Assembly (NCBI GenBank): GCA_020627945.1
Contig: JAHDFW010000006.1
Span: forward strand, 1-52,439
Length of the DNA: 52,439 bases
Reading direction: 5' to 3'
Source of the DNA: Cytophagales bacterium
Lineage (GTDB): Bacteria > Bacteroidota > Bacteroidia > Cytophagales > JAHDFW01
Made by a program: the position numbers and the translations under genes. Below, in pieces: positions 24,451-33,942 of the stretch; the first letter of the stretch is position 1, and every line of letters starts with the position of its first letter. The notes beneath the pieces are model-generated. The model was not told where the DNA came from and did not search any database. It saw only the letters and a program-made list of their open reading frames with translations.

Positions 24451-27400
24451 TTACTTTAATTTTCCTGATTCCAGCCTATATACTTTTTGTGCTGCTTCAA
24501 TCATTGTTTGATTATGTTCAATAAAAATCAATGTGTCTCCTTTCTCAACAATTGACCTAAACACTTTAATTAATTTAATCACATCAAAATAATGAAGTCC
24601 AGTACTGGGTTCATCGAAGAGATATAAGGTTATCCCTTTTCTCTTTTGAATTAGGGAATTTGCTAGTTTCAACCTTTGGGCTTCTCCGCCAGATAATGTG
24701 TTTCCTGCCTGACCAAGAATCAAATGTCCAAGTCCTAAATCCACTAAAATCTGTAATTGCTCAATCAACGGTTCGGTTTCAAAAAATCGAATTGCTTCAC
24801 CGACCGTCAAATCTAATACCTGACCTATATTAAGAGCTTTCCACTTAACTTGCTGTACGTTCTCATTGTAGCGTGTACCATTACAAATATCGCAGTCCAA
24901 CCAAACATCACTCATAAAGTCCATGCTAGTTTTTACTTTTCCATGACCTGCACAGTTGGAACATTTCCCATTCTTACTTTGGTAAGAAAAATCTGCTTTT
25001 TTGAGATTTTGATTTTTGGCATCCTCGGTTTTAGAAAAGAGCATTTGAATTTTCTCAAGCATCCCTAAATAGGTCACTGGCGTACTCAATCGATTCTGTA
25101 AAAGTAATTCCTGATCAATCAGTAAAACATTATCAAATTGATCCAAACCGTAAATCTCATCGCATTCGATTGGTCTGCTTTTTAAATATGATTTATACAA
25201 AACATCTTTGACCAAACTAGATTTACCACTTCCTGAAACTCCTGTAATCGCAATTAACTGTTGTGATTGAAATTCAACATTTATCTTCTGAAGGTTATTT
25301 GCACTGGCACCACTAATTCCAAATGCAAGTCCCTCTTGAGTATCTATTAAGATTTGTTTGGAAGATTCTTGAAGCATTTGGTATGTGAGAGATTGCTTCT
25401 CGTTAAAAACACCTTCCGTCACACCTTGATAAATTACCTCCCCTCCCTCTCTACCTGCACCTGGTCCTAGTTCAATTAGATAATCTGCTTCCTGAATAAA
25501 TGTAGGATCATGCTCGACCACAACAACAGTATTCCCGTTAGCAACGACCTTTTTCAACGCTTTTGTTAAAACTTTAATCTGAACACTATCTAAGCCGATT
25601 GTTGGTTCATCTAACACATAGGTAACTCCAAATAGATGTGTTGACAATTGGCCTGCCAACATAACTCGTTGCCTCTCTCCTCCTGACAAAGTAGCTATTG
25701 AACGGTCTAATGTTAAATATCCAAGTCCGAGAGCCTTCATCGTATTTAAAGTAGTCTCAACCGCAGGAATCACTTTTTTCACAATTGCTTTTTCTACGGA
25801 ATCAGAATGAACAAAATCCTCTCCCAATAAAACTAACAACTCTGAAATATTTAAGCTCGTAAATTGATGAATATTCTTTCCTTGAAACCTTATATCTAGT
25901 AATTCTTGCTTCAAACGGCCACCACCACAAGCATTACAAATCACTGGATTTAGCAATTCTTCTAGAGACTTAATATTCTTATTTAATTTCTTGCGTTCAT
26001 ACTCATCATCAATATAACCACAAAATCCTAACCATTTTGCTGAAACGGCTTGAACACCAGAGCGAGATTTAGTCTTGAATTCCCACTCCGTATCCCAAAC
26101 CTGATCTCCTGTTCCATGCAAAATTATATTTTGAACATGCTCCGACAACTTACTCCAAGGTTCATTAAGATCGAACTGATTCTTTCTAGCTACTTCCTTA
26201 AGAATGGCTACAAACTGACCATCGGGGTTTGAATAATACCCTATTGCCTTGTTATTAGAAATTGCCCCATCTAAAATGGTTTTTGAGTGATCTATAATAA
26301 TCTCATCAGGATCGCAAGTTAGAATATTCCCCACTCCTTCACATTGAGAGCATGCACCTAAATGATGATTGAAAGAAAAATGTTGTGCTGAAAATTCAAC
26401 GCCCGTACTCTGTGCAATTCTTGAATACAAAAGACGAAAAGACTCATATGCTCCAGATAAAGTACCAACTGTGGATCTTTTTGAAGCCCCACCTCCTTTA
26501 CGATTAATTCCAATGGCTGGACCTAATCCTGAGAAAGATTGAATTTGAGCAACATTCGTCTGGTTTACAAAACTTCGACTGTATACGGAAAGAGACTCCA
26601 AAAATCTCGTATTCGCTTCCGAAAATAATGTATCATATACTAGTGACGATTTTCCACTTCCCGAAAGACCCGTAACTACTGTCAATTGGTTCTTTGGAAT
26701 CCTTACGTCAATATTCTTTAGCCCATGGGTTTCAACTCCATTTAACACAATATTTTTGGTGAAACTATTTATAGTCTTAGCTTGCAATAAAGGGGGCACA
26801 ATTCTTTCTCGATTAGGAACTCCTTGAAATACTATAGTTCCTCCTTGCTGACCTCCCGTAGGTCCAAGTTCGATATGCCAGTCGCATGCTTCAATAATGG
26901 ACTCATGTTGTTCTATACAAACAATTGTATTCCCATTCTGTTTGATTCTTTCAAACATTGCGAGCAATGATTGAATATTGGAATAGTGTAATCCAATGGT
27001 TGGTTCCACTATAATGTAAAGAGTATCTCCAGTATCTTTTTTCTGAAGTTGATTGGCAATTTTTATTCGTTGCGCTTCACCACCAGACAATGTGGTTGAT
27101 GATTGACCTAATGTGAGGTAGCCCAAGCCTATCTCCTGCAAGATTTCCAATCCAGACAGAATTTTATTTTGACCCTCAAAAAAAACTATAGCTTCATTAA
27201 TGGACAATTTATAAATATCCGCGATGGACCTTCCTTGGTACCTAACACGCAACGTATCTTGATTAAATCGATCTCCATTACAATCACCACAAATTAAATC
27301 TACGTCACCAAGAAAGTGCATTCCGATTTGTGTTTTGCCTGCGCCCTGACAAGTTTCACATCTTCCCCCCTTATTGTTAAAAGAAAATCTAGACTTCGAA

Positions 27401-29193
27401 TATCCAAAAGACTTAGCATCGGATTGCTTAGCAAACAAATCGCGAATATGATCTGAAATATTCAAGTAGGTTGCGGCATTACTTCTAGGTGTTTTTCCTA
27501 TTGGTGAATGATCTATAAAAATCAGTTTATCAATTTTATTCAAGTTCTCAATACTAGTTATTGCACTTGAATCATAATTCTGTCCATCGAGAAATTGAGT
27601 AACCGACTTTAACAAAATTTCTTTCACTAGGCTTGATTTTCCTGAACCAGAAGGACCACTGACTACGTTAAATTCACCTAGACGAAATTCAACGTCAATA
27701 TTCTTCAAATTTCTGGTTCTACAACCTATTAATTTTAAAGCATCTCCATTTGAAACCGTAGAACTCTTCTCAATTTTAGATACTGGATTTACAAGCGCTT
27801 CGTAAGTTGGGCTTATACTTTTGAGGGTTTGATCTTTGATAAAATTCGATAATTCACCATTATAAATCAGTTCTCCTCCATGCACACCTGCTTTTGGTCC
27901 TATTTCGATTATATGATCTGCATTCCGTATGGTTTCTAAATCATGTTCAACTACAATGACCGTATTTCCCTTCTGCACCAATTTCCTTAGCTGATAAATC
28001 ATTCGGTGCTTCTCGTCCAAATCCAAACCAATTGAAGGTTCATCGAAAATATAAAGCACGTCACTTAAAGGCATTAAGATTTGATTAGCGACTCTGAGTC
28101 TCTGTATTTCACTTGATCGAAGAGTATTCGAAGGTCTATTCAAAGTTAAATGTCCTAAACCAAGATCAACCAACACGTTTATTTTAGCACTAATTTTTTC
28201 TTTAATTTTCAGCCCTACTTTGTTCCACTTATTAGCATTTATCCAATTCTTTAATTCATGCAATTCGAAACTCGACACTTCCGCTATTGTAGCTCCATTA
28301 ACATATACACTTAAAGCATCTTGATTTAAACGTGTCCCATCACATGACTGACACACAACCGAGCTTACATATTTTAGAATATTGGCGTTTCGGTCTCTTC
28401 GAAGAATGTCCGACATAATCGGCATCATTCCTCTATAATACCCTTCTTCTCTAGGTTTAGCTTTAATCCCAGTCCACTTAAGGCGAGATTCTAAACTGTG
28501 TTTACCAAATGGAACTTTTATTTTCTCACTTCCATAAAGGATCACTTTCTGCTGTTCATTGGTTAGTTCGTCCCAAGGTATGTCCACGTTAAATCCTTCT
28601 GCTTCACAAACCTGATTAAGAACATCTATGGTTACTTGTGAATACATTATATATCCTGTTGGAAGGGTTGGTGCCAAAGCTCCTTCCCTTAGCGTCTTTT
28701 CAGGATGCACTACGAGCTTATTTAAATCAATTTTCTCCTCGTTCCCAATTCCATTACATTGCTGACATTTACCTGCTACTGAATTAAATGAGAAAAGTGC
28801 TCTAGACAACTGAATTTCACGATCTGTTGTACCTGTTCTTGCAAACAACAATCGAAGCAAACCATAAAGATCGGACATAGTGCCTACCGTCGATCTGGCA
28901 TGCATTCCAGAAGTTTGTTGACCTATAGCAATTACAGGAGAAAGGCCTTCTATTTCATCAACATCTGGACGGTTTAACTTTCCTACAAACTGGCGTGCAA
29001 AAGAAGGAAGAGTTTCGAAATACCTTCGTTGACCTTCCTTAGCTATTATATCAAAAACTAAACTTGATTTTCCTGATCCAGAAATCCCTGTAACAACGAT
29101 AAATTTGTTGTGAGGAACCTTGAGAGATACGTTTTTGAGGTTATTAGTATTCGCCCCTTTGATAGAAATATTCGCATGCCTATTCAAATTCAT
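24451..29193 (-). CDS. Tandem-fused double UvrA-like ABC ATPase (two complete UvrB-binding-domain-less UvrA units in one 1580-aa protein)
   Basis: Four Walker A sites: GISGSGKSS (Lys42), GPSGSGKSS, GLSGSGKSS (Lys848 at 26650-26652) and GVSGSGKSS. Signature motifs: LRSSE (degenerate), LSGGEAQRIKIANQL, LSGGERQRVMLAGQL, LSGGEAQRLKLANSL. UvrA-type CxxC zinc modules are present in each half: CQQC/CQSC/CETC..CGDC and CSQC/CNAC/CSNC..CDIC. In both halves the LLFARxG-like segment runs almost straight into LFSFN...C..C, so the ~135-aa UvrB-binding insert of canonical UvrA is missing. Confidence 0.9.
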   Translation of the reverse strand: MNLNRHANISIKGANTNNLKNVSLKVPHNKFIVVTGISGSGKSSLVFDIIAKEGQRRYFETLPSFARQFVGKLNRPDVDEIEGLSPVIAIGQQTSGMHARSTVGTMSDLYGLLRLLFARTGTTDREIQLSRALFSFNSVAGKCQQCNGIGNEEKIDLNKLVVHPEKTLREGALAPTLPTGYIMYSQVTIDVLNQVCEAEGFNVDIPWDELTNEQQKVILYGSEKIKVPFGKHSLESRLKWTGIKAKPREEGYYRGMMPIMSDILRRDRNANILKYVSSVVCQSCDGTRLNQDALSVYVNGATIAEVSSFELHELKNWINANKWNKVGLKIKEKISAKINVLVDLGLGHLTLNRPSNTLRSSEIQRLRVANQILMPLSDVLYIFDEPSIGLDLDEKHRMIYQLRKLVQKGNTVIVVEHDLETIRNADHIIEIGPKAGVHGGELIYNGELSNFIKDQTLKSISPTYEALVNPVSKIEKSSTVSNGDALKLIGCRTRNLKNIDVEFRLGEFNVVSGPSGSGKSSLVKEILLKSVTQFLDGQNYDSSAITSIENLNKIDKLIFIDHSPIGKTPRSNAATYLNISDHIRDLFAKQSDAKSFGYSKSRFSFNNKGGRCETCQGAGKTQIGMHFLGDVDLICGDCNGDRFNQDTLRVRYQGRSIADIYKLSINEAIVFFEGQNKILSGLEILQEIGLGYLTLGQSSTTLSGGEAQRIKIANQLQKKDTGDTLYIIVEPTIGLHYSNIQSLLAMFERIKQNGNTIVCIEQHESIIEACDWHIELGPTGGQQGGTIVFQGVPNRERIVPPLLQAKTINSFTKNIVLNGVETHGLKNIDVRIPKNQLTVVTGLSGSGKSSLVYDTLFSEANTRFLESLSVYSRSFVNQTNVAQIQSFSGLGPAIGINRKGGGASKRSTVGTLSGAYESFRLLYSRIAQSTGVEFSAQHFSFNHHLGACSQCEGVGNILTCDPDEIIIDHSKTILDGAISNNKAIGYYSNPDGQFVAILKEVARKNQFDLNEPWSKLSEHVQNIILHGTGDQVWDTEWEFKTKSRSGVQAVSAKWLGFCGYIDDEYERKKLNKNIKSLEELLNPVICNACGGGRLKQELLDIRFQGKNIHQFTSLNISELLVLLGEDFVHSDSVEKAIVKKVIPAVETTLNTMKALGLGYLTLDRSIATLSGGERQRVMLAGQLSTHLFGVTYVLDEPTIGLDSVQIKVLTKALKKVVANGNTVVVVEHDPTFIQEADYLIELGPGAGREGGEVIYQGVTEGVFNEKQSLTYQMLQESSKQILIDTQEGLAFGISGASANNLQKINVEFQSQQLIAITGVSGSGKSSLVKDVLYKSYLKSRPIECDEIYGLDQFDNVLLIDQELLLQNRLSTPVTYLGMLEKIQMLFSKTEDAKNQNLKKADFSYQSKNGKCSNCAGHGKVKTSMDFMSDVWLDCDICNGTRYNENVQQVKWKALNIGQVLDLTVGEAIRFFETEPLIEQLQILVDLGLGHLILGQAGNTLSGGEAQRLKLANSLIQKRKGITLYLFDEPSTGLHYFDVIKLIKVFRSIVEKGDTLIFIEHNQTMIEAAQKVYRLESGKLK

Positions 29194-29229
29194 ACGACGA
29201 AATTAAGGAATAATCCTGCAATAATTTCC

Positions 29230-32200
29230 CTATCGAGTAAACACCTTACGTTTAAAGATCTGATCTCCTATATTTATTGAAAAATAGTAGACACCAGCAC
29301 TCAGGTTCATTGACACAAAAGTTAAATCAACTTTGTTACCAGACATTATTCCGTTTCGAGTTTCTAAAACCTGCCCAATTGAGTTAGTCATTTGAACCTT
29401 ATACGGAGTTTTGTCAGTTGTACTTAACTGAACTTGAATTACGCCATTTAAATTATGGATACTAACATTCCCGTTATTTTTGTCTCCTAAACAATTCCCA
29501 TAAATACTTAGCACCTCACTGTACGATTCTTCCCCATTCAAATTAACTTGAACTAAACGATAGTAACTGGTTTTATCATTTTCGTCAGCTATTTGGAAAG
29601 AATATGGTTCAAAAGAATTGTTGGTTTTCATTCTATCAACCACTGTTACCTGTTCAAATCTAACTCCATCTTCGCTTTTCTCAATTCGATAATGATCTAA
29701 TCCCGCTGGAGCAACCCCTAACCACTTAAAAAGAATATTTGCGCCCAAACACCTCCCATGAAATGATAAAATGTTAATAGGCATTGGAGCACTTGTAAGT
29801 AAGTTACAGTTAGCCGCATCCTGATAGCCCGGATCCATTTCCGTACTCGACCCATCATAAGCAGATGCTCCTTGCCAAGAAGTCAAAGTTCCATGTTTTG
29901 TGGCATTATGATAAACAATACTTGCTCCATTAGGGCTCCAATAGTTATTATTATCCAGTGACGTAGGGTTACTGGCTGTATTCTGCCAGATTATACCCGC
30001 ATCATCATCAGTTGAAGATGTTGTATAGAAATTGTTACCAGTAATGGTCCAAAACTTTAAGCCGTTTACATCTGGTCCATTAACACATGTTTTAAGATTG
30101 TAAAAGTTATTATTCGTTAATTGATAACTAAGGTTGTTGGCATTATTAACTCCATAATCATTACTGCAGAAAAAGTTGCTCGTTATATTCCATACAAATG
30201 CATTTCCAGATCCAGTCCCAATTCCATTCTCTCCGTTAATGAATGAGTTACCACTGATAGTTCCACGAGTTTGAGTATTTAGAAACAGACAACTACTTCC
30301 CACAGTATTATCCAACATAGTAACACTTGAGTTTGACAGAGTCCAATCTCTACATTCAGTTGACAAATTAATTCCTAAATAGGCACCAGACGCATTATGC
30401 TCAAACACACAATTATCAACGGTTACATGATCCGTAAAGAATGCATAAAAAATATCGTTAGCTCCATTTTGAATGAACGTACTATTCCTGAAGGTCAAAT
30501 AATCGTTCCACGTTACTCCACTTCCTGTTGATCTAATTACCTGTCCTGCTCCATTGGATGTCCATTGCACATCTTTAACTTCCCAATACAGTTTTTCATT
30601 GAAAAAGATTCCAGTCCCAGTTGAGGTGATGTTTGTCGAAGTACCTGTTCCTTCAATGGTAATAATATTACCTGAAGTACCAGAAACGGGTACCGTTGCT
30701 TGTGCCCAGCCCGTATAAGTTCCAGCATCTATTCTTATTACATCTCCTGGATTCAAAGCAATGTTTGTAAATAAATCATCTAACGATAAAAGTGGATCAC
30801 CAATCCCTCCTCTGTTTCCAGCCGCATAAGTATTACCTAACGCAGTACACCACACATCACCAGTAGCATTATTATCGTTAATGTAGTAAGTTGGAGCATC
30901 TGTTGGAGTAAAAGAAAATTCCGTTCCATAGGTAGTACCGATAGAATTGGTTGCATAAGCCTGAAAATAATAAGTGGTTCCGTTTGTCAAACCAGACAAG
31001 GTAGTTGAAAAAGCACCCGCAAGGTCACTCGTTCCAACTTCGACATGAGTTCCCGAAGGAGCCGTAAAACCTGATGTTGTACTCCAATAAAAACCATAGG
31101 ATGTAACGGGATCTCCGCCATTTGAAGTAATGTTACCGTTTAAGGTTCCCATACCATTAAAAGTAGAAGTAGCAGTACTTGTATTCACAGTAGGTTCTTC
31201 CGCCATATTTGTAATTGTAACGGTTACATTCTCGGTGCCTTCACAACCGCTTCCATCAGTGATAGTAACCGTATAAATTGTGGTAGAATTTGGCGAAACG
31301 CTTATAGAAGGAGTAGTTTCTCCGTTACTCCACAAATATGTACCTCCTCCAGTAGCTGTAAGTGTTGTGAATTCTCGAATTTCAACTCCATTAAGGATTC
31401 CGTTATCAACCGTCGCAGCGGAAGTTACCATAATATTGCCCGAAGCATCTGAAGAAGTAACTCCCTCCGAATAATAAATTCCATCATGCCCCACGGTTGC
31501 ATGAATATCAAAATCATCCTCAAATTTCTGTGTACCTGCTCCGTCCGTAACGTCTACATCAAATATCCTAGCATTAGGAACAGTCCAATAATCCTCACGC
31601 AAATGTACTCGTACAAAATAATTGGTATTAGCTGTAAGTCCAGTGGCTGTTACTGAAACGGGATTCCCCCATAAAACAGAGTTATAAACATCGTTGGGTG
31701 CAATATCAACAAGTCCCAACGGATTTGACAATGCATCAGCAGAACCTCCTACATTTCCAACAGGGCTATAAGAATTATCATCTTGCCAATCTCCAGTTAC
31801 TCCACCTCCTGCATTGATGAGAAGAACTTCAGGATTATTAATGGTTACATCAGGAATATTGGCCGGGGTAAATGTACAAGCTGCTGCGGTGGTAAAACTA
31901 ATCTCTGTTCCATAGGTAGTCCCTTCACTATTGGTAGCGTATGCTTGAAAATAATAAGTAGTATTTGCACTAAGTCCTGCAATATTCGCTAAAAAGGCTC
32001 CTGTAAAATCGGTTGTTCCTACAACAACATGATTGCCAGCAGGCGCCGTAAATCCCATGGTTGTACTCCAATAAAATCCATAAGACGTTATTGCTCGATT
32101 CCCGTTTGAAGTAATTGTACCATTAAGATTTGCTGAAACGGATGTTACACTAGTCGCAGCGTTTGTATTTACAGATGGCGGAGCAGGTGGTTGACTCCAA

Positions 32201-32280
32201 CTTTTAATACTAAAACTTAGGATTATAAAGATTCCTAAAAGCCCCTTCAAAATGCTTCGAATTGTAGCTACATTTTCCAT
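29230..32280 (-). CDS. Secreted multidomain surface protein with a T9SS type A C-terminal sorting domain (two Fn3-like repeats, malectin-like domain, right-handed beta-helix region)
   Basis: Signal peptide MENVATIRSILKGLLGIFIILSFSIKSWSQ. Two ~100-aa repeats (..TSYGFYWSTT.GFTAP.G.HV.VGT.D..GAF...L.GL...TTYYFQAYATNS.GTTYGTE.SFT). Malectin-like LLINAGGG..GDWQDDNSY. An Asn/Gly/Thr-rich parallel beta-helix-like middle section. Por-secretion-tail-like C-terminus (..LSAGVYYFSINIGDQIFKRKVFTR). Confidence 0.85.
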   Translation of the reverse strand: MENVATIRSILKGLLGIFIILSFSIKSWSQPPAPPSVNTNAATSVTSVSANLNGTITSNGNRAITSYGFYWSTTMGFTAPAGNHVVVGTTDFTGAFLANIAGLSANTTYYFQAYATNSEGTTYGTEISFTTAAACTFTPANIPDVTINNPEVLLINAGGGVTGDWQDDNSYSPVGNVGGSADALSNPLGLVDIAPNDVYNSVLWGNPVSVTATGLTANTNYFVRVHLREDYWTVPNARIFDVDVTDGAGTQKFEDDFDIHATVGHDGIYYSEGVTSSDASGNIMVTSAATVDNGILNGVEIREFTTLTATGGGTYLWSNGETTPSISVSPNSTTIYTVTITDGSGCEGTENVTVTITNMAEEPTVNTSTATSTFNGMGTLNGNITSNGGDPVTSYGFYWSTTSGFTAPSGTHVEVGTSDLAGAFSTTLSGLTNGTTYYFQAYATNSIGTTYGTEFSFTPTDAPTYYINDNNATGDVWCTALGNTYAAGNRGGIGDPLLSLDDLFTNIALNPGDVIRIDAGTYTGWAQATVPVSGTSGNIITIEGTGTSTNITSTGTGIFFNEKLYWEVKDVQWTSNGAGQVIRSTGSGVTWNDYLTFRNSTFIQNGANDIFYAFFTDHVTVDNCVFEHNASGAYLGINLSTECRDWTLSNSSVTMLDNTVGSSCLFLNTQTRGTISGNSFINGENGIGTGSGNAFVWNITSNFFCSNDYGVNNANNLSYQLTNNNFYNLKTCVNGPDVNGLKFWTITGNNFYTTSSTDDDAGIIWQNTASNPTSLDNNNYWSPNGASIVYHNATKHGTLTSWQGASAYDGSSTEMDPGYQDAANCNLLTSAPMPINILSFHGRCLGANILFKWLGVAPAGLDHYRIEKSEDGVRFEQVTVVDRMKTNNSFEPYSFQIADENDKTSYYRLVQVNLNGEESYSEVLSIYGNCLGDKNNGNVSIHNLNGVIQVQLSTTDKTPYKVQMTNSIGQVLETRNGIMSGNKVDLTFVSMNLSAGVYYFSINIGDQIFKRKVFTR

Positions 32281-32379
32281 ATTTACAACCTATGTACACC
32301 AATACCTCCAACAACACCATCGAGAAATACGCTGTTACTATCAAAGACGCCTTTAACTACCCTTTTCTCAAATCAAAAT

Positions 32380-33933
32380 TTACTCTAGAATAATAAATTC
32401 CACCCTCCTATTCAATTTACGATCTTCTTCTGTTAGGTTTTTAACTATTGGATGACGCTCACCCCAACCTACCGTTTTCAGTCGACTTTTTTTAATACCT
32501 TTTTCTACCAATATTGTTTTGATTCTTTTGGCACGAGCCTCAGACAAATCATTATTATAGGTAGTGGTACCTTCACTACTTGTGTGTCCTTCTATCGAAA
32601 TATGAATCTCCGGATTTTCCGTTAAAATGGTAGCCAGTTTTTCCACTACAGGCAATGAAATATCTCTCAATGTATCAGTAGACACTAAAAAGTATAAATT
32701 CTCCAGTTTGATTTGATCTCCTGCTTTGTAAGGTTTCATCCAAATCATATGTTCCATTTCTGAATCTTCAGATTCAAGTACTGGAGTTGCTACCATACCA
32801 TGATGTTCATGATATTTAGGCTTAAGAATGGTCAAATTGTAGTTTTGTCCTTTCTCTAATTCAACCTCGTATTGTCCCTTGTTATTGGAATTAACTTTGG
32901 CAACCTCATTATTTTCCTGATCCGTAATTAAGATCTCAACAGACAGTGGATCTCCTGTTGCCGTATCCTTTACCATTCCTTTCACCATGAATTCCTTGGT
33001 ATAAACTGGTTCAGGTATTTTCGTACTTGCTTCGTAAATATCCAAGTCTTTATTCTCTCTGTTACTAGAAAAGTAAAACTTGCCATTATCAGAAGCAGTA
33101 AAATAACAATCCATTGCTGTAGAGTTTACCTTATCACCAAGATTCACAGGATCACTCCACTTTGTCCAAGAATCATCTAATCTTTCACTAACATAAATAT
33201 CGGCATCGCCATATCCATCTTTGCGACCGTTTGTGGAAAAATAAAGGTGTTTCATATCCTCACTTAAGTAAGGACTCATTTCGAACCCTGCCGTATTGAT
33301 CTTGGCTCCAAGCGATTTTAAAGCAGTCCATTGTCCATCCTTCTTCAAGGACACGTACAAATCTTCTTGTCCCATTGAATCGTCTCCTTTAATTGAAACC
33401 AGAAGAACCTTCTCATCATGTGTAATATAGAAGTCATAAAAGGCTCCGTCATATTTCAATTTTGGAACCTTAATTATACTTGGCATCGTCCAGGCATGTC
33501 TTCCAGCTTTTTTGGTAGACGCAATTCCAAACTCAAGTTCTTTTGTAGTTTGATAGGTATTTAATAAAAAGTAATTTCCATCTACGCCTCTTCCTATTAT
33601 AGAGTTATCCCATTCATTATTTAAAGTTGTTTCCAATTCAGCAGTTTGCCACTGATCCTCCCCAGTCTTTATGCTTTCCCAAATATCCTGGTTGATTGAT
33701 CGCTTATCATAACCTACATTAGCCTTATGCCCAGCTCGTGTAAAATACATGATAGAGGCATCTGCACTTAGAATTGGTTTCAACTCATTTGCAGAACTAT
33801 TTACTTCTTCACCTAAGCGAATTACTTCCGTAATCTTAGGTATCTCCTGTGCATTAATGTTTGATGCCACAGTTATAATGAACATTCCCAGAATGCTCAC
33901 CTTTGTTAAATTATTAAATGATCGAAAAAGCAT
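32380..33933 (-). CDS. PorE-like OmpA-family protein (TolB-like beta-propeller, carboxypeptidase-regulatory-like domain, OmpA_C peptidoglycan-binding domain)
   Basis: Signal peptide. Propeller-type repeats (E..P.LS.D...MYF.., DIY....). CRD-like VKGMVKDTATGDPLSVEILITDQENNEVAKVNSNNKGQYEVEL. OmpA_C motifs (IEGHTSSEGTTTYNNDLSEARAKRI..., NRRVEFIILE). Confidence 0.85.
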   Translation of the reverse strand: MLFRSFNNLTKVSILGMFIITVASNINAQEIPKITEVIRLGEEVNSSANELKPILSADASIMYFTRAGHKANVGYDKRSINQDIWESIKTGEDQWQTAELETTLNNEWDNSIIGRGVDGNYFLLNTYQTTKELEFGIASTKKAGRHAWTMPSIIKVPKLKYDGAFYDFYITHDEKVLLVSIKGDDSMGQEDLYVSLKKDGQWTALKSLGAKINTAGFEMSPYLSEDMKHLYFSTNGRKDGYGDADIYVSERLDDSWTKWSDPVNLGDKVNSTAMDCYFTASDNGKFYFSSNRENKDLDIYEASTKIPEPVYTKEFMVKGMVKDTATGDPLSVEILITDQENNEVAKVNSNNKGQYEVELEKGQNYNLTILKPKYHEHHGMVATPVLESEDSEMEHMIWMKPYKAGDQIKLENLYFLVSTDTLRDISLPVVEKLATILTENPEIHISIEGHTSSEGTTTYNNDLSEARAKRIKTILVEKGIKKSRLKTVGWGERHPIVKNLTEEDRKLNRRVEFIILE

Positions 33934-33942
33934 ACCCCGTAA

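Noticed and set aside
24014-26232. Plus-strand ORFs 24014-24211, 24850-25068 and 26050-26232, antisense to the ACP and UvrA-like genes.
   Set aside because: They are antisense shadows of genes with strong motif support, and they have no start context or recognisable sequence.
24451-29193. Reading the 1580-aa gene as the housekeeping uvrA.
   Set aside because: It is about 1.7 times the canonical length, is an internal duplication, and both halves visibly lack the UvrB-binding insert. Whether a canonical uvrA exists elsewhere cannot be checked from this window.
30537-31992. ORFs 30537-30728 (-), 31280-31474 (+) and 31783-31992 (+) inside the type A CTD protein gene.
   Set aside because: They are nested in a well-supported 1016-aa frame, with no motifs.
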